Notes under the pieces: generated by a model
Told to the model about the DNA's origin: nothing
Seen by the model: only the letters and a program-made list of their open reading frames with translations
Databases searched by the model: none
Shown here: piece by piece, positions 27,229-42,200 of the stretch
Layout: each line of letters opens with the position of its first letter
Numbering within the stretch: the first letter of the stretch is position 1
Translations under genes and position numbers: made by a program
Source of the DNA: Lytechinus pictus
Taxonomy: Eukaryota
NCBI RefSeq assembly: GCF_037042905.1
Contig: NC_087249.1
Span: 15,872,001-15,936,000 of the forward strand
Direction of reading: 5' to 3'
Length of the DNA: 64,000 bases

Positions 27229-30200
27229 CTTTAAATGAATAAATAGAATAAAGCCCGTGCAATAGTTTGTTCAAATCAAGCAAATTAAACATGTTAGAGT
27301 AATGGATCCCTATTTTTGTATTGATCCATAGATGAAACATTATAAGAATTCATGATATTGTTGATTTTTCTTTATTTCAATCGTAGGCCTATTGTATCTT
27401 TTTTATTGCTAGGTTGGAGGTAAAATGATATTTAGTTAATGATAGTAATTATAAAATTTATACGGCGTTTAATACAGATGTTTCTAAGCGCTCAGTGTTA
27501 TGCCCATTAATCAAAATACCGGGGGAAATAAAAAGTAGTCTTAATAAATTCATAACAAAATTCAAAGAAAAAAAAAGAAACGAAAGGCAACTAAGATGTG
27601 AACCTCCATATAGGCCAATCCATAACTGATATCTAGACATTAAAAAGGTGGGTCTTTAGCAAGGTATTAAATTGATCAAGGGAGTTGGCATTATGGATAT
27701 AAGATGGTAATTTATTCCACTGAATTGGAGAAAAAACCGAGAAGGCTCAATCACCGTAAATGGTATTTGTACGTGGTCCTAAAGTAAGCTGCAAGGTTGT
27801 TGAAGAATGAAGTAGACTGAGTGAGCTCGAAGAGCGGAGAGAGATGAGGTTAGAAAAATATTTAGGAGCTATAGGCCGTTGTTTATATTTAAGACGTCAT
27901 AAGAACTTTGAAAATGATGCGCTGGCGTATTGGAAGCCAATGAAGTGATATCAGAATAGGTGAAACATGTTCAGATATTTTTGAAAGAGTAAGAAGCCCT
28001 GAAGCACTATTTTGAATTCTTTGGAGTGGGCGTAAATGTGAGAATGGGATACCAGAAAGAGCAGAACTGCAGTAATCAAGGTGGGAAGATGCCCCGGGGG
28101 GGGGGGGCGACTTCCATTGACGAGTGGATACAATGCGCGACCATGGGGTCTCGAAAAGCACCCTAAACAAGTATTTTCCATATTCTGAAAATGCACCCCT
28201 TAACAAGTATTTGCGTATGAAACCATACCCTTAACAAGTATTGGAAACCAAACCATACTCTTGGCAAGTATTCACTGAATTGAACCCCTAAACAGGTACA
28301 GCGATATTTTAATTGTTATGTATCGGTCGTCGTTATTACCTGTACCTACATCATTTGGTTTAGTAGGCCCCACCTCCCACACCTCGCGCAAATCGTACTC
28401 TAAACAGGGTTGACTGACATTGTGGCAAAAAGTACATCCTTTATAAAACATTTTAGTCTTAATTGTTTATACCCTCGCAAATTTGACCCTAAACACGTAT
28501 AGCTTTCCTAGCGAAATAGATACCCTTTTTTCGTTATTTTAGTTTTTTTGACACCCTTATTACGTTACGTACGTAACGTGCCCCATCTTGAAAAAGACAT
28601 CCCTTTTACGTGTTTTGGGGGTCGCGCATGGTATCCGTCAATGTAAGTGGCCCCTCCCCCGGGGAAGATACAAAAGCATTGGTAAGTTTAGCAGTTGTGC
28701 TTTGGTCGAGTAGCTTCCTCATTTTTCCAATCTTAAAAATACCAAAGGGGGCAGACTTACAAATATTCTTAATATGCTGTTGAAATGTAGGGTTTTTGTC
28801 TCACCTGCATAGCAGAGTGAGACTATAGGCGCCGCTTTTCCGACGGCGGCGGCGGCGGCGGCGTCAACACCAAATCTTAACCTGAGGTTAAGTTTTTGAA
28901 ATGACAGCATAACTTAGAAAGTATATGGACCTAGTTGATGGAACTTAGCCATAAGGTTAATCAAGTATTACTGAACATCCTGCCTGAGTTTCATGTCACA
29001 TGACCAAGGTCAAAGGTCATTTAGGGTCAATGAACTTAGACCATGTTGGGGGAATCAACATCAAAATCTTAACCTAAGGTTAAGTTTTTGAAATGTCATC
29101 ATAACTTAGAAAATATATGGACCTAGTTCATGAAACTTATACATAAGGTTAATCAAGTATCACTGAACATCCTGCATGAGTTTCACATCACATGACCAAG
29201 GTCAAAGGTCATTTAGGGTCAATGAACTTTGGCCGAATTGGGGGTATCTGTTGAATTACCATCATAACTTTAAAAGTTTATGGATCTGATTCATGAAACT
29301 TGGACATAATAGTAATCAAGTATTACTGAACATCCTGTGCAAGTTTCAGGTCACATGATCAAGGTCAAAGGTCATTTAGGGTCAATGAACTTTGGCCAAA
29401 TTGGGGTATTTGTTGAATTACAGCCATAAATTTGAAAGTGTGTTGGTCTAGTTCATAAAACTTGGACATAATAGTAATCAAGTATCACTGAACATCCTGT
29501 GCGAGTTTCAGGTCACATGATCAAGGTCAAAGGTCATGTAAGGTCAAAGAACTTTGGCCACGTTGGGGGTATTTGTTGAATTGCCATCATATCTCTATAA
29601 GTGTATTGGTATAGTTCATAAAACGTGGAAATAAGAGTAACCAAGTATCACTGAACATCTTGTGCGAGTTATAGTAGTTTTCAAAATCAGCACTGCTGCT
29701 ATATTGAATCGCGTGATGCAGGTGAGACGGCCAGAGGCATTCCACTTGTTGTTAAGTGTCACCCCAAGATCCCTTGCCAACTCACTACCGATCAAATGAC
29801 TATTGTCAGTGCTCCTGTGGTGGAGAGCATTGGGAAGGACTCTGTGTTTCTACATTTTGAGGAAATATGGATCATTTCACACTTGTATTCGTTTAGACAG
29901 AGCTTGTTATCATGTGACCAAGTTTTGGTGTCTTCTAAGCAGCTACTGAGCTTCCGTGCAGCTTAATCCTTACCAGTGGGTTTCAAAGTAATGAAAATCT
30001 GAGTATCATCAGCATACATGGCATGTCGAAAATCCTGGTGAGAATTAATAAATCTTCACAGAGGGCTTGTATACATGATGAAGAGAAGTGGGCCGACCAC
30101 TTAACCATGAGGAACGCCGCAGACCAAGGGGAATTTTGCCGATAGGGTGCCGTTCATGGTAACTTGTTGACTTCGATTGTGGAGGTAAGAACGGAGCCAA

Positions 30201-33200
30201 TCAAGGACAGTCCCAGTAATACCAAAGTCATTTTGCAGGCGATACAGCAACAGTTCGTGGTCGATGTTGTCGAATGCAGCAGTGTAATCAAGCAGAATGA
30301 GCACTGCCTCCTCGCCCAGTCAGTCTGCAAGCCCCCATGTTAATGAGCAAATGAGCAAGATTTATCCAAGTCCTCTCGTGGCTGAATTCATGTCCCTGCA
30401 AAATCTCGTGAATTGTGAGACTGTTTTCTCAAAGAATTAAACCCTTTTTCTTTGAGTAATATTGATTATTTTTGTACCATAGGAAAGAGTAAATGTTACT
30501 CTTTTATATTGGTTATTTCTTTTGAATAAAATATTTTGATGAATAAGTGAATTTGACCTGAAAAAATGCCTCAAACAGAATTTTCTTCCTCTGTTTTCAC
30601 TTGCAAAATTTTGTGTTTTAGGCAAAAACATTATTTACATCATCAAATAGCTCAAACTCTATACTTTCTTACAATGTCACTCTTGATATGTGGCATCTTT
30701 TAGATGGGTCAGCAGCCAGCTCTTTCCATCAAGATGCAAGACGAGATTTTTGAAATTTCTGAGTAACATAAAATCCAGAGTTCAGATTGGCTGAATAATG
30801 TTTTCAAAACAACTGGCACGGGTAATTTAAAGAGATTACCACATGGTGAGTGTGACCTATGTGGGGAACATTGGAATTTGCGTGGGTGTGTGGTCTCTAT
30901 GACCAATCAGAGCGCAGTATTCTTGAGCTGCTAAATGTACTTGGCCTATATAAAGCTGGCTGCTGACCCATCTAAAATACCTCTACTTATAAAAATTATA
31001 TCATATTAAAGCTTAGATATTCAGCTTTATCACAATCAAAAAATCATTCGGGCTCAAACAAAAATTAAAAGGAAAAAACAATTTTTGTTGCACGAAAATA
31101 ATTATTTTCTTTCATGTTTTAGATCAAATGTTCACCTATATCACACATTCTTTTTTAAAATCCAAACACATGACCTGAAAGAATGATTCTTTTACTTTTT
31201 AAAGATACCAAAAACCTTGAATTTGGTCAATATTTAGAGCAGCAATGGCCGAATAAAAAGAGGTGTTTTCGCCCGCACCATGCTCATTAACAATGCAAAA
31301 ACCCTCTAGTCATGAATATCACTTGGATAAAAGAAGCTACTTTTTCAGGGCTTGCCAACTGACTGGCCCCTATCAACAGCCAGAAGAAGATCACTGAAAA
31401 CTTTCACCTGTTCAGTCTCTGTAGAATTGTGATAAGCTGACTGATTAAAAATCCTTCAAGGTGATCCTTTAACTGCGAAGTCACGACCCTCTCCAGGACC
31501 TTAGCGATAGGCCTGTAGTTGCCGATACTATTTGGATCAAGGATCAAATTTTTGAGGAGAGGAAGTAAGAGTGATGTTTTCAGAGCTCTAGGAACAATAC
31601 CGGTTGACAAAGAGATATTAATACACTTTGTGATGACAGGGATAAGTTCCTCGAGATATTTATTCTGAAGCCATGTAGGTATCGGATCTAAATTGCAGTG
31701 TTTAGATGGTAATGACTCGGTGAGCTTCTGGATATCTAGGTCACTGATGAGACGGAATCGTGAGAAGTTATGTTCTGTAGAAGGTGTAGTTGTCGGAGCC
31801 GGGATAGCAGGATTGAAGGATGATACCACTTTCGATACCTTCTCCCTGAAGAACTCGGCAAACCGTTTGGAGAAATTCTCTGCACATGAATGATCTGGAA
31901 GAACTGAAGAATGTTCTGTTGATGGAAGCGATCTGACGATATTGAATAACTGCTTCGTGTCCGCCTCTGCAATAGGATTTCTGAAGTATGTAGACTTAGC
32001 ATTGAAAATACACTCGTTGTACGTAGGACTCGCTTTCTCGGCGACAGAGTTCCCTGTCAGCATTAAATCCAGACTGAATCATACGGCGTTCAGCCCGCCG
32101 CCTTCGTCTCTTGGCTTCTATGATATCATCAGTGAACCAAGGAGATTTTGGTCTGACAGTGACAGTTTTTACTTGAAGAGGGCATGCTTGTCAAACAGAG
32201 AGCTCAGGCAGGTGTTGTAATGATCAAAAGCCTCAGATGGACATGTCAGTTCGGAAGGTGAATGTAGTAAAGATACAGCAAGATCAACGATGATAATTTC
32301 AGAATGATAGAGAGAGAAATGTTAACGCAGAGGAATGGTCAACATAACCAATGTGACGGCGAACACACAATATAACCAAACCAAAGTTGAAGATGACCTG
32401 TGCTGGAAAGAACGGTGTCACATTGCGGGATCACAATATGTTCGCATAGTGGACCATGTTAACTTTTTATTCACATTGTCAAAATGCTTTAATAAATTCA
32501 ACAGTTATGACGATATTTTCACACTGTGGACGCCCCGACAGTGTGACTGTTCACAGGGTGTTTCCATGGTCGACTATGTGGATATATGAACCACACTGTT
32601 TATTCTAACAGTGTGAAGTGTTCCATACTGTGAACACACTGCGGCACACACTGTGGGACATCGTGCCGTTTCCGGTAGGGACTTACCGCCTTGTTGTAAA
32701 TGGCGCTCGATACCGATCGTCTGTTAGTAGATACGGGATTCCTACTTCGATGAGAATATCCAGTCTTTATGCTCGAATTACCACTCGAACCAGGATATAG
32801 GTAGTAGACATCCGACTGTGAACTTTCCTTTCGGTACGACAGCTTAAATGAAGGAAAATATGCAAATTAATCATTAATGCACATATCGTAATGAATTTCT
32901 CGTTTAAAAGGAGTGACCGAGTTAAAGATTTGCAATAACCGTCACAAATAATAACGACGTTGATAATGATAACTTTTCAAATGATGATAGTGTTGATCGT
33001 GGTGGTGGTGGTGGTGGTAGTAGTGATTGATGATGATGAAGATGATGGTGATGGTTGTGGTGATTATGACGATATGATAATGTAAAAAAATGACTTTGTT
33101 AGGGCAAATCGGTGCATTTTTACTTATGAATGTTTTTAATAGAAGATATCCTGTGATCTATATTATTTACCTAATTTGTCAGCATACCCCAAGTTTATTT

Positions 33201-36200
33201 TTTTTCTATACCATGAGTATGTTTTGAATCAGCTAGAGTGAGGTTCCTGAAAGCGGGTGGGGCGCTCTCCGTAATATTGCTGTCTACCTGTATGCATGCA
33301 CTATGCAAAGCAAATATCCTAAATCTGTTTTCAAGTTCATATTTTGAATGAATAGCTAACTTGACAAATTAGACATGTTAGAAGGGGGCTAAAAACTTAT
33401 GAATACTGAAATGCTCTGTAATTTTGTTAAAAGTTTTAGGTGTTTGGGAAAAAATACGATTTTTATCTGGGCCAATAAAGGTGAGTAAACACCTGAAAAA
33501 TAAATAGTGACTAAAATGGACAGACCTCGTCATTATCGTTCCTGGAATAGTGATTTAAGGAGGTAGGTCGATCTCCAAACATCATTTCCGCCATATTCTT
33601 CTTACGCTGGGAGCGGAAGAATGTGACGCATGCGCAGGTGAAGATGACCACCAAGACAATTCCCAGCCCTGGAACAAGTCCAGCAATGAGGGCGACGTTC
33701 ATTGTACCACCTGCTGAAGGAATGTCAGAGTAGTTGCAAACAGTAACACAGATTTCCAATAAGGCAGTCCTAATGACGTCGTCGTTCCTTTATTAATGCA
33801 TTGTTTCAGACTATTTGGAGTCGCTTCGAAAACAGTAAATGAGAAATACTTGTCAAATTACATCATCATGGTTGCTACAGATTGTGACAACGACGTACAT
33901 TTTCCTTTGTAATATGCCAAGGGTAATTAATAGAGTATAATGTGCCTTAAAGGTCAAGTCCACCCCAGGAAATTGCTGACTTGAATATATAGTGAAAAAT
34001 CAAACTTGCACAGTGCTGAAAATTTCATCAAAATCGGATGTAAAATAAGAAAGTTATGACATTTTAAAGTTTCGCTTATTTTTCACAAAACAGTGATATG
34101 CACAGCATTACTAGGTGAGTTAGTCGATGATGTCCATCACTCACTATTTATTTTGTTTTTTATTGTTTGAATTATACAATATTTCATTTTTTTATAGATT
34201 TGACAATACGGACCAACTTGACTGAACGCTAATTCCACATGTTCAGGGAGGATTTAATCGTTGTATCACTTGACAATGAGGAGAAAATTAGAATATTTCA
34301 TATTTCATATAATAATATACAAAAGAAATATAGTAAGTGGATGACGTCATAGTTTCCTCATATGCATACCAGCCAGGATGTGCATATTACTGTTTTATGA
34401 AATTAAGCGAAACTTTAAAATGTCATAACTTTCTTATTTTAAATCCAATTTTGATGAAATTTTCAGTGTTATGCTCGTTGGATTTTTCTCTTATTATTCA
34501 AATCAATTTTTTGTTGGGGTGGACTTGTCCTTTAAATTACTTTTATGCAACTGGACCCGGTCACACCCTTTTTAAAAATTACGGTCACAGACTCGATTCC
34601 TGATACTCTAAACGTCTTGTGTGTTGTCATTGACGTGCTCATTCTGCTAGTTCATTTTTTGTTTTGAATCTACGCTTTTATGAATCTACGCCTTTGACTT
34701 TGTAACCATTGAAAGAATTGAAACCTGAACATTTTCAGGCAAAAATATACACTTTCTACTCTATGAAATAGTTTGCGTGTGATTTGTAATGTGCTATTAT
34801 GTTCTACAAAGGACGGTATAAGTTTGAAACTCACCGATATCACTTCGTGTTTCGTCTGGGTCAGATGGAGATGCTAGGGGAAGAAAAAGAAAGTTTGCTT
34901 TAACCAATGATGGGTGCTAACATCTAAAGGAGGGTTTTGTTCTCTGCTAGATAAACTGCAGTGGCTGGCTGTTCTATTTTTTTATCTTCTTTTCTTCGAA
35001 ATATACTTCTTTTCACGCTTGTTATTATTACATGTACTGCTCTTATTATCTTGTTTTCCCCATTGTAAATATTGTGATTATGTTTGTGATTGCAAAACAA
35101 ATAAAACACGTGAAAAAAAAGTCTGGTTAAAGTATGAGAGATCGGATAAGATTATAGGATAAATCAACAGATTTTTATTAATGAATGAAACAGTCTTGGT
35201 GATGATTCGAAGATGTTAAATGTATTGAGACCATATGAACACGTGAACAGAATATAGAAAGCTTTGTGTTGTTAAAAATTTAAACCATCCTCCAAATATT
35301 CATAATTACGATAACCGGTATTTTATATTTAAATACAAACTATGATGGTCTCATTGTGTATATGGTAATGACATGCAGATACGAATAAATAAACAATTAA
35401 TCAATAACTATAAAAAAATGCCATGATTTCAATTTGATCAGAACTAATGTCAGTACATCCATTAGATATCAAATCATTATGCTTCCCACGCACACGGGGG
35501 GAAACCGGAAACATTATGGAAAATACTGTTCCTACCAAGAAAACAATATCGGCCGGGTAGTGAAGCTGGGTAGAGGTCGTCATAACCCTCATTGCATAGG
35601 CAACCGAATCCAAGTCCTGGATCGGTGTTGATGCAAAGGGCGTTAGTGTCACAATCGTGGCTTCCATCAGCGCATTCATCTACTTCAGTGATTTCTATAA
35701 AGACAAAAAAATAGGTATGTATTGTACACACAAACACGCACCCACACACACATGAACCTGCCTATTCCTACAAGGTTGTGCAATCGACAAATTTTATATA
35801 TTTTCTGAATTTCTTGAATTTATTATAACCATCAGAGATGCAAAAGAAATGAAGGGGGTGGGGATATCTAGCATTATATAGGAGGCCTAAAGTTATAATT
35901 GCATTGCGGAGGAAAAACAATAATAGGAAAGAAAATTAAGAACATCACAGATACGAAATTATTAAATAAAGTTGAAATTAGTGATAGTGTATGCTTTATA
36001 TTATTATTATTATCATTATTATTATTATTTACGTACTGCGCTTTTCCCAAATTGGCCCAAAGCGCTTACAACAAAAGAAGACATCAAGTATAGATTGAAA
36101 TTGTAATCCTAAAACTCTGGACATGAAAAAAAAGTATTTAGTCCCTTTTTAAATGAAGGGAGAAATGGTGACTGTCGGAGTGAAAGAGGTAACTTGTTCC

Positions 36201-39200
36201 AATATTTTGAAACAGGTACAGTGAAAGTCCTATCCCCAGCCAGTTTCCGTGTAATTTTGTAGGTTAGCCGAAGTGGGTCACTGGAGGCTCGTACATTCAT
36301 GCGAGGGGTGTACAAGGTCAAGCAATCATTTAGATATTGAGGTGCCTGTTTGTTAAGAGATTTGAAAACTAACAAAAGTAACTTGAAAACTATTCGATGC
36401 CTTTACACGGAGGTGTACGGAAATGCGCGGTTTCTACAAGGATAGCCAAGGTAGCACTAGTATAGGGATCTGCTTGGTACGCTACATGGAGTCCACACGG
36501 AATACATGGATGTTACATGGTCCTTACATGGACCTCACGGTGGCTGAAGGTCTCTATTGGGATATCTCTAGAGCATTGACCAAGATTGAAGTTTTATTTT
36601 TATTTTTCAACGTACACATACATGGTCATGAACACGGACTATTGTTCATGTACGCAAACAATGGAGAATTTTCCACCCCGGATATAGCCTCCCGGATGCA
36701 TTCGGTAGCTACACGGATGTACAAGGTGGCTACAAGGATAAAGACGGATGATTATCCGTCCGTGTACCCCGGGATGAAAAATTGAACATGTTCAATTTTC
36801 TCTCGGATATGCCGGTACATCAAGGATGGCGCCGGATGAGTAGCCAGTGTGTACACAGGTGTAATCCCTGACTGTACACGGATGACCCCGGATTGACAAT
36901 CCGGGATGGTCCGTGTTGCATCCGTGAAGGTGTAAAAGGGACTAAAGAGGAAGCCAATGTATCGAGTCAAGGAGTGGTTTGGACGCGTGGAATCTTGTTA
37001 CTTGATAAATCAGGCGAGCAGCCCAATTTTGAAGACGTTGAATACGATTTCATTGAGCATGTTGAGTAACAGGTATGTTGGAGAGAAGGCCATTACAGTA
37101 ATCTAAGCGAGACAGAACGAGAAACGTTTTGCATTGTTACAGGCTGATTGATATATCTTCTTATCCGAGAAATATTCCTTAAGTGAAAAAGTTACTGTAG
37201 TGCATATTTGAGAAACACGATCGAACATTGACATTTGTCTATCGAATATCACACCACGATTTTTGACAGTAACTGAAGGCTTATGAATATATCGCCAACC
37301 TTTAGCTTTCAGATCTGGCAGATTATGTAAAGTGTGGGAAGAGGCTGCTACGAAGAATTCTGTTTTTGTGTCATTCAATTTCAATTTATTGACTGTCATC
37401 CGATTTCTAATATCTGAAATGCATTTCTGGAGTCTAAACAAAGCAACAACTAAATATCCTGGTATTTTAGGGTTAAATGAAATATACAACTGGGTATCAT
37501 CAGGATAAAGATGGTAGTTGATACTATGATGTGTAATAATATTCTTACAAAAATTTGATGACAGTTGGAATATCAGTATTTAAAGATATTGGAAAAAATA
37601 TATATACATTTAAAAACGCTATTTTACGGTTTTGCAGTACCAAACACTTGTTTATATATACATTTGGAAATAAAACATGGCAGCTTACTTCCCAGCTAAA
37701 TTGCATATACGTATATGTACGGTAACGTACCCAGAAAACCTTACCAGGAATAGCAAACATCTTTTAACAAACAAAAATGGCAAGTAAAAATCGAACATCA
37801 TACCCCCCCCCCGAAAAAAAAAATCAAGTTAGGCTCTTTCCCCCTACACCCCCACCACTATACGTACCTGCAACATTAAGTGATGCCATGTTAATACGAA
37901 GGCTGGTATTGTCAGCTGTAAGATGATCTTGGCCTTCTATCATTTCCTGCATGAGAGCGTCGGTCAAAGTGGTCTCATCACCGACGAAGGTTTCATCTAC
38001 GGAGACAGCAGAATCTACACCAAGACTACCATTGAAATACCCCAAGACCACAGAAGTGATGACACCCCCAACACCTCTGGCTTTTAATACCCTCGGTATC
38101 TGTAAGTAAGACAAACGTGACAGAGTTTGTACAGAAATCAGTCATAAGTGTATGTCATTGAGTTTTGAAAAAAACGTGTATCAATCATTTCATGTCACAA
38201 TAAAAAAAAAGGTGTGACTAGGATCCCCTTGCATAAAAGTTACTATAATGGTAACTTTGCCACCCCATAGTACCCACCATGGCAAGAATGATTAACAGCC
38301 AATCAGTATAGGAGTCCATGAAAGATACCATTGGATGACAATGACTTTAAGAGTAACTTTTATGCAACGGGGCCAAGGGCTTCAATCTCGAAATTCTATC
38401 CTCCATTTTGGAGCTTAGTTTACAGGCGCACGCCCCAACTCCTGGTTTTACACATATTCAGAACAGACCTTACCATTGAATGGGAGGATAAAATACATAT
38501 AAACAGGGTGTTGTTTGAGTAAACATGACAAAATTAAATGCTTAAATAATACGGTAATAACAAAAAGAAATATGATAATAATAATAACCTCTTAAAAACA
38601 AGTCTATTCTCTTTTGGACAGTGCTAGAGATTAAATCTCCCAAGAATGTGATGAAGCTTTGGAAACAGAGTTCTCTTATAAACAAATCACATGTTAATAT
38701 CAGAAACGGCACAAGACCTTGAGTTGTTTTAAAAAGATGTTCGTAATAAAAATAAAGCAAATGACTGCATCATGCGTGTTTGTTATTTTATTCAGACCCA
38801 AAATAACTTTAATATCCCCTTCCGCTAAACATGCTAAATGTAAAATCAAATCGTTTTATTATGTCTAATTATCACTGTATTCGTCTCTCAAAGTGACTAA
38901 GTTACAATGGTTGGAATTCTATATGAAAGGCTTCAGCTTTTACGCGCTCTGCGATTCAAGGAATACATTCCTGCCAGGAACCCATGTACCTTACCCAAGT
39001 ACATCTAGACATTTCTAGCAGGAAATCTTTCAATATAATGCTGCCATCAACCCATATTGGGTAAGTGGGGAGCTGGCAGGAATGTAGGCCTATCCCTTGA
39101 AACGCAGTGCGCGTGACAGTTGTTCTACTTAAAAAAACAAGGTTAATTATCAGATAACACTGCATTGCTCTAAAGTGGTCAGATATTTCTGATAAAGTAA

Positions 39201-42200
39201 GTGGTATATAAGCAAGACTAGTATAATTATCATGGATATGATATTTACCACATATCTAATTACTTCTGCACCGGCGATATATTCTGCGCTCTGCGGATCT
39301 CTGTACGCGGCGTCAAAGTTTACTTGAACACCGTTGATAGCAAGGAGAATGTAGGATATTCTTAACAGACGACTTGCTGTGAGGAGGTGAAAAAATGGCG
39401 GTACCAGCAGTTCGTTAGTGAATCCAATAATAAAGATATAGAATCCATGGCTAAAATGTTTCAAGCTTTCCTCAAACTTGGTTTTTTTAAATGTGATATT
39501 TATATTATTCCTAGATCGTTTAAAAGTGTGTAATTAAATTATTGTGTAACATTAAGGAATTAGCATTTTTTTATAGTGAAAAAATATTAAATTCAAAATT
39601 CCTGCCTGAAATTGAAAAAAAAATCAATGGGACATTAGATTACGATTTGCCCAAAAATAGAAATATAATATTTACTTCTTTACTATATTAATTTTACTAT
39701 CTTCTTGTATAGGTGTGACACAGAGATTGACCAACTGAAATATATATGAAAAAGCAAGATTTTTCTATCAAATTGTAAAAAAAAAGTGTGTAGTTTTATG
39801 TCTGTTTGTTAATTTTTCAAATTCCCCTGTAAGAATGACAATCATTTTTTGTATGGCTATCCTTTTTATTAACAACTTCTTTGATACTGAATTGTGGCTA
39901 GAAATTATGACCCCAACCATTCTTTGTAATAGTATTTTTATTCATACTTATACAAAATCTTCTATTGGTCATTATGATCTACTAAAAGTAAGCAAACGGG
40001 GGATTGGCCCTCACCTTTGCTGCATCGAGATACACCATTTCCTATTTCTCTCCTGAACCATGTGGTTCGACATCGGCACGAAGAGATTACACATCTTTCC
40101 TGTTCCAAAACACAGCTCTGGGAACATGACTCTGGTTAAAAATCCAAATTCCAAGATTTAATATCAGATGGGACCATTAAATGTCATTTGTTTTCATGCA
40201 ACCTTTCTTGTTCCAAAAATTTAATTCTGCTTTGAACTAGACAAGTTGTTTTATCTTAGAAACTATATCAACATAACTTTAAAAAATAACCAATGGCCCC
40301 CAAGTTCCTTTTACCATTTTCAGAAGTTAAATTGATTGAACACCGAGAAGTCCTTATTTTCTAGTGAGGTACACTGTGTGCAACCGAACAGGAATGTCAT
40401 TTTAATAAAATAAAACATAAAATCTTATATTGATAAAAAACAGACACTCATAATATTTTGTAATCACTATTTGCCCAATATTCTAAGTTAATCCACATGG
40501 TAAAACAGTCAATCAGCTCAAAGTTGCATTCAGCACTATTCCTGCATATGATCACGGTGATACCCAAAGTGGACTTATGTTCTGTACTCCACGCAGTAAT
40601 AGACCTATCTGAATCAAAGCAAACTGACCTACCTTCACATACGCCATTCACAGGAGCTCTGCCATCTTGACATACGCATACTCCTTGGAAGCAAGTCTGA
40701 GTATCCTCACAAACTACGTCATTGCACCTCAGATCTAATTCCCAGCGTAAGAAAAGTATGGAAGTATATATTAGTAGAATCAAGTAAACTCCATTTCTGT
40801 CTAGGGGTATCATTAATTTATGATCATTGGATGATTCCTAATATGTTAAGTAAATCAATCCTCACAAAAAGTAATAATATTCTTCATCGTGTTCATTAAG
40901 TCTGGTTCAATCCCGAGCCCTCTTGCAGGTAGAAAATAGAACCCCTTCAACATGATGTTCATGTTGAGAAGAAAGAGGAATAGTTAAAGGTTTGGGGTGA
41001 ATTATACAAGATAATGTAATTATAATGTAATTGTTATATTGCTAAGGAATTCGAATAACATTTACCATTTTGGCACATCATGCCTGTGAATCCGGAAGGA
41101 CAGGTACAGGTAAACGTTGTAGGCTCCTGATTACAAGTACCCCCGTTCATACATGAATCGATTTGACATGCTATTGTTGGAGTACCAGCTGTACAAGGAC
41201 AAAGCAATATATACACAACGTGCGTAGTGACATCAGTATATATATATATATAAATATATATTCTTTCTTTTTTTCGATTATTTCAAGTGAAGATTTTGAA
41301 CGATTCCCGCATATTTTCAAACTATATTTCCCTTGTTACGCTACCAATTATAGCATGTATAATGACAGTACCAAAGTATTGATATCTGATGTTCGTTTTT
41401 ATAAAGCTACAGGAGTGTTACAAATCACGTTAAAGTATTAACCGAGAAACGGGAATTTATACCCAGACATTTAAATCTAATGTCTAATTAACTATCACAT
41501 TGATAACGTATCATCAAGGTGAAATAAAGCAAAATAATCTACTTCGCAAACTGGCAAATTCATCTCATCATTAGCATGATGGGTAGGGGCACTCTGCGAG
41601 CAACTGTCCAAGAAATTGCCTTTTTTCTATAACGGTTTATCTGAACACGGTACAATTATAATTTAATCAATATAAGCATGTAATTCTAAGCCCTCTTGTA
41701 ATGATATATCTTTTAATAAAAAAGACAGGGAAGTAATATTACGACTGCACTGTGGGTTTTCTATGGAATTCTCATATCCCTCGTAACAGCTACACTGGAA
41801 AGTCCCCAGTCTATTGACACAGAAACTGTTAGCATCAGCACTGCATGGCAAAGTTGAACATTTATTGATACCTGTTGACAAAACGACGATGAAAGCGGTA
41901 TATAAATAAAAGTACATGTTATCTAGGACCACAATGAATAATGTTAATATTCGATTAACATTATATTGAATGGGGTTGTGATCGGTTTGTACCGTGCGTA
42001 TAAAAAAAAAGTTTACACTTTGAAAAAATCTTGTAAAATTATACATTTGTAATATCCTGAAGATTTTTCCACAGATCCATTTAAGCAAATGACGATATAA
42101 CTGTCGAAAAATATTTCCGCTTGAGTGAGCACCACTTACTTTTAAAAAGTTAGTGAAAAATGATTTGCGCAGAACTTTGAAATAGTTATGATATTAAAAG

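Larger units (their letters stand above)
27690..32330 (-). mobile_element. Degraded L2-clade LINE in the last intron, split by three insertions
   Basis: LDPIPTW, GNYRPI, LLDYTAAFDNIDH, GVPHG, YADDTQ, HLDYC and LHWLPIRQRIIFK. Confidence 0.9.
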
